A stretch of 64,000 nt of DNA from an uncultured Ignavibacteriales bacterium (GTDB lineage Bacteria; Bacteroidota; Ignavibacteria; Tepidaquicellales; OLB5). The notes below the pieces were generated by a model. That model was not told where the DNA came from and did not search any database. It saw only the letters and a program-made list of their open reading frames with translations. The position numbers and the translations under genes are program-made. Below, piece by piece: positions 57,764 through 64,000 of this stretch. How positions within the stretch are numbered: position 1 is the first letter of the stretch; the number at the start of each line of letters is the position of its first letter. The stretch covers positions 10,906-74,905 of the forward strand of contig CAYWTS010000007.1 of the NCBI GenBank assembly GCA_964461265.1, read 5' to 3'.

Positions 57764-58990
57764 ATGGATCAAACCGCCTTAAACGTCACACAGGAAAAAC
57801 ATACAAGTGCTTCCTCTCAGTTATTTGGCAGCAACTTCAAAAAGGATAATCTCGAAAAGAGAATTCAGGAGTTAATGCGAGAATCGACTGAATACCATGA
57901 ATTAAAACAATATGTTATCGATAAAGGGGTTAAAAAAATACAGGATGAAGGGCTGCTTGGCCGTTTGAAACCTGCAATACCTTCTATTATCGGTTTAATC
58001 TTATCTTACTTTATTGATGTATCAAAAGTTCCTTTTTTAGGAAAAGTCGCTGAAAATCTTGCAAACTGGGTATTCCCGGGCGGTGTATCCTTAAATAAGG
58101 CAGTAGAACCGGTTTCATTATGGTGGCTTCCTGTAATAACTTACGCAGTCTTTATCCTGTGTTCGGAACTTTCGTATAGGAAACTATTAAAAGAAGTTAG
58201 TACTAAAGGAGTATCACAAGAAATCATTGAAAGAATCACAAACAGATATGCAACCATTGTGGACGGCATAGGTACCGCCTTACCTTTACTCGGTGCTGCT
58301 ATCCTGCTTATCAGTATAAAAGAAGGCCCAATTATATTTCTTGGATTCTCAGTTCCATTCGAAATTAAAGCTATAACTATTCTTGCAATCGCAAAACTCT
58401 TCGAAATAGTTTTTGATTCACAGGGTCTTAAGTTTGCAGAACTCCGCGAAGAACTGAATGACCTGGAAAAAGAATATTTCACCGAACGTGACGATATACA
58501 CCAGAGAGCAATTTTACAGCAGCTCCATGACGGATTTTCAAAAAGAGGCGCGGATTCAATGCCGCTTACCGAAAAGTTCTCGAAGGAAGAAGCACAGGAA
58601 ATTTACAATTCACTTCATAAAGCAGCTGAATTCAGTGAAGCCATTTCGAAAAATGTTGTGATAATGAGGAATGCGATAGTTGAAATGAGCAAAACAAATA
58701 TACACGATTCCGAGCTTCTCAAAGAATTACAAAATACATCACAATCACTTTCAACTGCACTCGCAGCTGCTTCACAAACAGCAGAGTATAGTGAGATTAT
58801 GAAAAGAAATCTTGAGGCAATGAGAAACTTAATTAATGAACTCGATAACATTAAATTCCCTGAAGACAAGATTCTAAAAGAATTACAGGTTACTGCTCAC
58901 ATGCTTACAGAAACTGCAAATTCGCTTAAGGATGCACAGGCAATAAAAGGACTAGATAACCTGGCTTATTTAGCCGGAAAAAGACAATAA
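57764..58990 (+). CDS. Uncharacterised polytopic inner-membrane protein with stator-like TM hairpin and duplicated coiled-coil tail
   Basis: GGAG lies 10 nt upstream of the ATG. Four predicted TM helices (about residues 70-87, 117-138, 163-186, 189-216). GTALPLLGAAIL and PFEIKAITILAIA motifs. C-terminal helical tail with a 52-aa duplication. Confidence 0.6.
   Translation: MDQTALNVTQEKHTSASSQLFGSNFKKDNLEKRIQELMRESTEYHELKQYVIDKGVKKIQDEGLLGRLKPAIPSIIGLILSYFIDVSKVPFLGKVAENLANWVFPGGVSLNKAVEPVSLWWLPVITYAVFILCSELSYRKLLKEVSTKGVSQEIIERITNRYATIVDGIGTALPLLGAAILLISIKEGPIIFLGFSVPFEIKAITILAIAKLFEIVFDSQGLKFAELREELNDLEKEYFTERDDIHQRAILQQLHDGFSKRGADSMPLTEKFSKEEAQEIYNSLHKAAEFSEAISKNVVIMRNAIVEMSKTNIHDSELLKELQNTSQSLSTALAAASQTAEYSEIMKRNLEAMRNLINELDNIKFPEDKILKELQVTAHMLTETANSLKDAQAIKGLDNLAYLAGKRQ
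58625..58936 (+). repeat. Tandem 156-nt (52-aa) intragenic duplication
   Basis: AEFSEAISKNVVIMRNAIVEMSKTNIHDSELLKELQNTSQSLS... aligns with AEYSEIMKRNLEAMRNLINELDNIKFPEDKILKELQVTAHMLT.... I counted 17 of 52 identical residues by hand. Confidence 0.7.
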
Positions 58991-59021
58991 TTTTAAAAAC
59001 TTATTTTAAAAGTTCAGTAAA

Positions 59022-59921
59022 ATGAAAAAACAGCGTGATGTAAAATTCATTATATATCAGTCACTCTACATTTTTGTAGTTTGTGTTGTAGCCATAAAAG
59101 GTGCTAACCTTGACCTTGTTCAGGTTATTGCAGATGACGGGACGCCGAAGGTTTTTCTTTCTCCTGATTCCTTACAAAAATTATATGAAACTATAAAGAA
59201 ATCAGTAATTGTTGATACAAGTATTTTTGTCATAGTTCCGAAAAAATTACTGGAGGAAAATGAGAAGCTAAGATTAATTGTTCAAAATATGCCTAAGATA
59301 GACCTGAGTTTATATACATTAAAATCCGAAATTAAACCTATCGAGGAAGAGAAGCTTAAGGAGGAGGAAAAAATAAATCCTACAGAGCCGACAGAAATAC
59401 GAATCGGGCAAATAAACCTTACACAATATACGGAAAATCCCTTATCAAATCCTTATGATGTCCCGCTCGAAATTGTAGGGATAACAACTATCCCGCCAAA
59501 GAGCACTAAAACTTTTGTAACAGGCGGGCAAAGCTCGGTAGTAATAAAAGTAGGTAACAGTTCCAAAACAGTAGAACTCAAACCTAATAGACAGCCTAAA
59601 ATAAACATGCAAAGGCTCGTCACAATGGGTGAAGAAGCCAGCGTATCGAACATGCAAAGAACGATTTGTTACAGAGTAACCATAGATGACGATTTCCCGG
59701 GACAGCTCGATGTTAAATTTGCAGGACCCATTACATTTAAACAAGCAGGTCCAACCACATTCGATGTTACCTTAAATGCATTCCCCAGTAAGACATCATT
59801 CGATAATTACACAGAAAACAAGGAAGCACCCTATTCGCTGGGTTTTACTGTAACGGTATCTGACAGGATTGCACCTCATAAAATAACTGGTCAAAACAGC
59901 TTTATTTTTGGAGATTGGTAA
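59022..59921 (+). CDS. Uncharacterised bitopic membrane protein (N-in single TM, beta-rich periplasmic domain)
   Basis: MKKQRDVKFIIYQSLYIFVVCVVAI TM anchor, an E/K-rich linker (EEEKLKEEEK), and a beta-strand-like C-terminal 170 aa. Confidence 0.6.
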   Translation: MKKQRDVKFIIYQSLYIFVVCVVAIKGANLDLVQVIADDGTPKVFLSPDSLQKLYETIKKSVIVDTSIFVIVPKKLLEENEKLRLIVQNMPKIDLSLYTLKSEIKPIEEEKLKEEEKINPTEPTEIRIGQINLTQYTENPLSNPYDVPLEIVGITTIPPKSTKTFVTGGQSSVVIKVGNSSKTVELKPNRQPKINMQRLVTMGEEASVSNMQRTICYRVTIDDDFPGQLDVKFAGPITFKQAGPTTFDVTLNAFPSKTSFDNYTENKEAPYSLGFTVTVSDRIAPHKITGQNSFIFGDW

Positions 59922-60002
59922 AATCACTATAATAATTATTGAAATAATAATGTAAAGGTAGTTTATTTGGTTCAGATGATTTTTAAAACAAATATTAAAA
60001 AA

Positions 60003-61268
60003 ATGAAAAATACTAAAAAAGCCATTTCTTTACTTCTGCTTTTGTTCACATTTGCATTAATATTCAATGCAAATAAGGTACTCGCTCAGCAAGAGGACCC
60101 GGAGAATCCGAGAACTTGGACTTATTTCAGGATTACTGCCAGTGCTGAAGATGACAGCATCTTTATAAAAATCCAGGACGATGTACTTATCGATCCAAAG
60201 ATGGATCGTTATACGATTGTCGTTAATATTAGTGATCCAAATACTCAAAACCAATATGTGGTATTCGGTGATGAGCTGGATCCCGGAGCCCAAAGGTTTG
60301 CCTGGTCACAGCTATCTAAACAGGTACAGGATGGATTAAAGAACTGGACAGGAACGAATAAAGAAAATTTAAACCAGAAAAAGCTTAATTATGCCAGCGT
60401 ATTCTTAGATGTAATTAAACAAATAAAGATCAAGGAATTCGTTGCACCTCCGAAGAGGGAAAGAATAATCCGTAATACAACGGCATACATTAACCCGTAC
60501 CTTACTTTATTCGGATGGGAACAGCTGGGAATTCCTATAAAAAGATCAATTGGTTTTACTTTTGGAACAGGCAGTAAATATTCCGGACCGTTTGAAAGCG
60601 ACGAAATAGGAATCGGATTCAATATGCTTGGTGTGTCGGTCCAATACGTAACCAGGATTCGTGAATTAAACACACACGACCTCGGTTCCGATAGCACCGA
60701 AAACAAACCGTGGAAACAATATAATGCCATATTTATGCCTCCCAGAGGCTTAAAACTGACTTACACAATTCCTCTGGGTAACTTCCTTGAAGTAGGTGTG
60801 TACAGTGAAATCAAAGAAACAGGTGTGCAACCGGGCGGCGGTCCGCCACTTTACACTTTCAGGAATCAAAAAGATTCTACTATTATGCCCAACAATATAG
60901 TTACAGGTACAAAGCTTATCGGTGAATTCAGGTATCCTTTTAGAATGTTCGGTTCAACAAGAACCCAGTTCTATGTAGGTTACTATATGGATGAGATAAA
61001 TATTGGCTTATTCACAAGAGAAAGCCGCCTAGTAGGTTCGGTGTTCGACTTCAGAGTGAATGCAACATTAAAAAAGATACGTAATTTCCAGCTACTTATA
61101 GAAATCATGGTTTCGAATATTGCGGAAGGTTTTGCCCTCAACTCTTTTGCAGTAGGACCTTCAATCAGGATTTCAAAACTTGATACAGGCAAATTCGGGC
61201 TTTTGTCTGCATTTCTTAATATCAGGTTTAAACTCGGCGATTACTTCGACGAGAGAGAGAAAAAATAA
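60003..61268 (+). CDS. Uncharacterised secreted protein, predicted outer-membrane beta-barrel
   Basis: Signal peptide MKNTKKAISLLLLLFTFALIFNANKVLAQ (the ORF is open from TTG 59967). The C-terminal half has alternating hydrophobic strands (GIGFNMLGVSVQYV, LKLTYTIPL, FYVGYYMDEINIGLF, VFDFRVNATL, LLSAFLNIRFKL). Confidence 0.5.
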   Translation: MKNTKKAISLLLLLFTFALIFNANKVLAQQEDPENPRTWTYFRITASAEDDSIFIKIQDDVLIDPKMDRYTIVVNISDPNTQNQYVVFGDELDPGAQRFAWSQLSKQVQDGLKNWTGTNKENLNQKKLNYASVFLDVIKQIKIKEFVAPPKRERIIRNTTAYINPYLTLFGWEQLGIPIKRSIGFTFGTGSKYSGPFESDEIGIGFNMLGVSVQYVTRIRELNTHDLGSDSTENKPWKQYNAIFMPPRGLKLTYTIPLGNFLEVGVYSEIKETGVQPGGGPPLYTFRNQKDSTIMPNNIVTGTKLIGEFRYPFRMFGSTRTQFYVGYYMDEINIGLFTRESRLVGSVFDFRVNATLKKIRNFQLLIEIMVSNIAEGFALNSFAVGPSIRISKLDTGKFGLLSAFLNIRFKLGDYFDEREKK

Positions 61269-61307
61269 TTTTAATTTTCTTAATAAATGGATAGTTAATA
61301 AATTAAT

Positions 61308-61342
61308 AAATCCTGCAATTAGTGATAATTGCAGGATTTTTT
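61308..61342 (+). terminator. Strong Rho-independent terminator closing the three-gene operon
   Basis: AAATCCTGCAATT (61308-61320), loop agtgat, AATTGCAGGATTT (61327-61339). The T run extends to 61342. Confidence 0.85.
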
Positions 61343-61390
61343 ATGCTTCCAAAATTAATATAAAAGAAAGATACTTATAAGAAAAACTAA

Positions 61391-62077
61391 TTGCCAACAG
61401 AAAAAGAATTAGAAGACCTTGTATATATTATATCTCATGATTTAAAGGAACCTTTAAGAATGATTAATTCATATATACAGCTTATCGCGAAAAAATATAT
61501 TACTACGCTAGATGGTGATGCAAAGGATTATTTTAACTACGTAATTGATGGAACAAAACGTTTGCAGATGATGATCGACGACCTTGCTTCATATTCGAAA
61601 ATTCTTAGAAATGACTACAAATATGAAGTTGTCGATTTGAATACCATTGCAAATAAGGTTAAAGAAACTGTTATTAAACTTCATAAAGACGTTAACTTAG
61701 TAATTAATATAGAAAAATTACCAAGTTGCTATTGCTACCCTGATTTATTTGAAATATTATTAATGCATTTAATAAATAATGCTCTAAAATTTAATTCAAA
61801 TACACCCTGTGTAAATATCCGTTGTGTTAAAAAACGTTCAAAACTCACTTTTGAAATCGAAGATAACGGAATTGGAATCGATGGTCAATTTTATAAAGAA
61901 ATATTCAGGGTATTTAGAAAATTACATACAAATAAAGAATATCCCGGTTCAGGAATAGGTCTGGCAATTTGTAAAAAAATCGTTGAAAAACATGGTGGAA
62001 AAATATGGTTTACAAGTTCTAAAACAAAAGGTACAATTTTCTTTTTTACATTAATGAATAATAAACATATTAATTAA
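61391..62077 (+). CDS. Sensor-less histidine kinase (HisKA + HATPase_c only)
   Basis: H-box ISHDLKEPLRMI about 10 residues from the N-terminus. N-box LINNALKF. G-boxes EDNGIGI and GSGIGLAICKKIVEKHGG. No TM or sensor domain. TTG start. Confidence 0.75.
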   Translation: MPTEKELEDLVYIISHDLKEPLRMINSYIQLIAKKYITTLDGDAKDYFNYVIDGTKRLQMMIDDLASYSKILRNDYKYEVVDLNTIANKVKETVIKLHKDVNLVINIEKLPSCYCYPDLFEILLMHLINNALKFNSNTPCVNIRCVKKRSKLTFEIEDNGIGIDGQFYKEIFRVFRKLHTNKEYPGSGIGLAICKKIVEKHGGKIWFTSSKTKGTIFFFTLMNNKHIN

Positions 62078-62235
62078 CTATTTATTAGTAATTTTTAACT
62101 ATTTACGTTAATTGACATTATTACATAAATTAGTATACTAAACTAGGGATTTGTATTAAACCGTTAATTTATTTATCTTTATATATCTTGATTTTAACTA
62201 ATTCATTAATTTAAGTTTAATATTAGTAGTAATTT

Positions 62236-63348
62236 TTGACAGAACCGGCAATCAAATACGCTGACAAACTCAAACTTATCAACATTTTACTTATTGAAGA
62301 TAATCCGGGCGATGCCAGGTTAATTAATGAGTATTTAACCGACTCGAAACACATTAATTTTAACCTGACCGTAGCTGAACGCTTATCTAAAGGAATAGAA
62401 TACATCGAAAATGAATTGATTGATGTAATACTGCTCGATTTAAAACTCCCGGATTGTGAAGGACTAACCACATTCGTTAAAACATCTGAAATTGCACCGA
62501 GTATACCGATAATAGTTTTAACGGGATTAGATGATGAAACAACTGCTGTATCGGCAGTAAAAATGGGAGCACAGGACTATCTTGTGAAAGATAAAGTTGA
62601 AGAAGAAATACTGGAAAGGTCAATAAGATATGCGATTGAAAGAAAACGTGCAGAAGAAGAACATCAAAAGCTGCTTGAACAAAGAATCAGGTCATTAGCT
62701 ATTATAGAAGCTCAGGAAAATGAAAGACGACGCATTTCAAGAGAACTGCACGATGGACTGGGGCAGCTGTTATCTGCGGCTAAGCTAAAGTTTGGTATGC
62801 TGGAACTTTTAAATAACCAGGATAGGGAAAGAGCATTAGAAATTATAAAAGATGTTGATGGAATAATAAGCAAATCAATTATAGAGGCAAGAAGAATAGC
62901 ACACGACCTGCGTCCTACAACTCTTGACGATTTTGGGCTTATACCTGCTCTTAGAATTCTATGTCAGGAGTTTGCTAAGCTTACAGGCATAAAGGCAAAA
63001 TTCCAGGTCTCACAACTTTTAGAAAGAATAGAACCTAAAGTCGAAATAGCTATATACAGGATTATCCAGGAATCATTTAATAATATCAGTAAATATGCTG
63101 AAGCCACCGAAGTTACACTAGACGTATACCGGAAAAATAACCTTGTCTATGTAAATGTAAAAGATAATGGTATAGGATTCGATATGGAAAGCATTAACAA
63201 GCAGAAAAAAGCCGGTAGAGGTTTCGGTCTATTAAACATGAAAGAGCGTGCAGAACTTGTTGGCGGCAGGATAGAAATTAACTCGGAACCGGGCAAAGGT
63301 ACCGAATTACTTTTGGAAATCAATTTAGATTTCTTCCATAATCCGTAA
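62236..63348 (+). CDS. Hybrid receiver-histidine kinase (REC + HisKA_3 + HATPase_c, NarX/DesK type)
   Basis: REC domain: ILLIEDNPGDARL...DVILLDLKLPD...IIVLTG...GAQDYLVK. HisKA_3 H-box RRISRELHDGLGQLLSA. HATPase: ESFNNISKYA, DNGIGF, GFGLLNMKERAELVGG. Confidence 0.82.
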   Translation: MTEPAIKYADKLKLINILLIEDNPGDARLINEYLTDSKHINFNLTVAERLSKGIEYIENELIDVILLDLKLPDCEGLTTFVKTSEIAPSIPIIVLTGLDDETTAVSAVKMGAQDYLVKDKVEEEILERSIRYAIERKRAEEEHQKLLEQRIRSLAIIEAQENERRRISRELHDGLGQLLSAAKLKFGMLELLNNQDRERALEIIKDVDGIISKSIIEARRIAHDLRPTTLDDFGLIPALRILCQEFAKLTGIKAKFQVSQLLERIEPKVEIAIYRIIQESFNNISKYAEATEVTLDVYRKNNLVYVNVKDNGIGFDMESINKQKKAGRGFGLLNMKERAELVGGRIEINSEPGKGTELLLEINLDFFHNP

Positions 63349-63365
63349 AAAAAGTGCTTTAACAC

Positions 63366-64000
63366 ATGAAGAATACAAAAATATTAATTGCTGACGACCA
63401 CGAAGTCGTCAGGGATGGATTGAAAAACATTATTCTGAGCCTTGGTAACATCTCGGTTATAGGTGAGGCAGCAAATGGTGAAGAAGCAATCAAGCTTTAC
63501 GCTGAACTGAAGCCTGATATGGTAATTATGGATATTTCGATGCCTGTTATGAATGGAATAGATGCTACACGCATAATTAAAGAAAAATACCCGGAAGCAA
63601 GAATATTAATTTTAACCATGCACGATAACCAGGAATACCTGAACCAGATTATACGCTGCGGTGCAAAAGGATTTGTTTTGAAAAATACCGACAGGGATGA
63701 ACTTCTTGAGGCTGTAAAAACAGTAGCTTCGGGTGATAATTTCTTCAGTAAAGAAATATCTAAATTAATTATCGATAACTACATTAAGAATGCCAGAGAA
63801 CCTGAGAAAGCAAGTAATTTAAAAGAAATTCCGCTTACTAAAAGAGAGGTCGAAATCCTGAAGCTAATCGCCTCCGGATATTCAAACCAGGAAATTGCTA
63901 ATATGCTTTTTATAAGTTATAATACTGTAGATACACACAGAAAAAATATTATGCACAAGCTTGCTATTAAAAATACAGCAGGACTTGTAAGATATGCAAT
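63366..64000 (+). CDS. NarL/FixJ-family response regulator (REC + LuxR HTH), 3' end outside the window
   Basis: Hand translation from ATG 63366: MKNTKILIADDHEVVRDGL...PDMVIMDISMPVMNG...ILTMH...GAKGFVLK...LTKREVEILKLIASGYSNQEIANMLFISYNTVDTHRKNIMHKL. The frame stays open to the window edge. This ORF is not in the supplied track. Confidence 0.88.
   Translation, partial: MKNTKILIADDHEVVRDGLKNIILSLGNISVIGEAANGEEAIKLYAELKPDMVIMDISMPVMNGIDATRIIKEKYPEARILILTMHDNQEYLNQIIRCGAKGFVLKNTDRDELLEAVKTVASGDNFFSKEISKLIIDNYIKNAREPEKASNLKEIPLTKREVEILKLIASGYSNQEIANMLFISYNTVDTHRKNIMHKLAIKNTAGLVRYA

Noticed and set aside
57764-58990. A Zorya-type (ZorA-like) anti-phage system, suggested by a MotA-like membrane protein with a long helical tail.
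   Set aside because: There is no ZorB-like PG-binding partner and no ZorC/ZorD/ZorE-type nuclease or helicase gene nearby. The operon instead ends with a secreted barrel-like protein, so an envelope machine fits better.
1-64000. CRISPR arrays, tRNA, rRNA, tmRNA, RNase P, transposases, integrases and prophage genes.
   Set aside because: I scanned the intergenic regions for spaced direct repeats, for the GGTTCGA-type T-arm and for the conserved RNase P and tmRNA cores. I found none. The only GGTTCGA is inside murA. No ORF shows transposase or integrase motifs.

Overview
The window is a 64-kb chromosomal segment from an AT-rich bacterium. I infer an FCB-group origin (Bacteroidota/Ignavibacteriota-like) from a T9SS-type C-terminal sorting domain, a Bacteroidetes-style TAnnTTTG promoter box and generally weak Shine-Dalgarno signals. 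Nearly all of it is coding, with about 55 genes. I found no rRNA, tRNA, CRISPR array, transposase or integrase.

Layout, left to right:
- rpoC 3' end, then folC.
- An ECF sigma / anti-sigma / periplasmic-protein operon.
- Envelope enzymes: lytic transglycosylase, PAP2 phosphatase, DUF3108 protein, GT9.
- M19 dipeptidase, dnaG, an NfeD-stomatin pair, then rho, an RNase G-like gene and nadB.
- A large membrane-embedded spermidine-synthase-like protein.
- A roughly 30-kb block transcribed entirely on the minus strand (22.8-53.0 kb). It mixes housekeeping genes (murA, accA, maf, proS, an orphan B12-binding mutase subunit) with a complete Wzx/Wzy-type polysaccharide locus: PGM/PMM, Wza-like, Wzz-like, Wzy, Wzx, about 10 glycosyltransferases, an FkbM methyltransferase, a DegT aminotransferase and two phosphoglycosyl-transferase-type genes. 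Its central part (31-44 kb) is visibly lower in GC.
- On the plus strand, an isolated nuoCDEF module.
- An uncharacterised three-gene operon (57.8-61.3 kb).
- A three-tier two-component phosphorelay that runs off the window edge.

The best candidate for an undescribed system is the 57.8-61.3 kb operon. It encodes a polytopic inner-membrane protein with stator-like (MotA/ExbB/GldL-like) TM motifs and a duplicated coiled-coil tail, a bitopic partner, and a predicted outer-membrane barrel.

Other points worth a second look:
- A small GC-rich palindromic repeat family, with one copy inserted in frame in folC.
- Two genes whose conserved N-termini lie upstream of any canonical start codon.
- A GT2 fused to a phosphoglycosyl-transferase-like domain that has lost its catalytic core.
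- A 130-nt nested hairpin between dnaG and the stomatin gene.

All homology statements come from reading motifs by eye. No database search was run.
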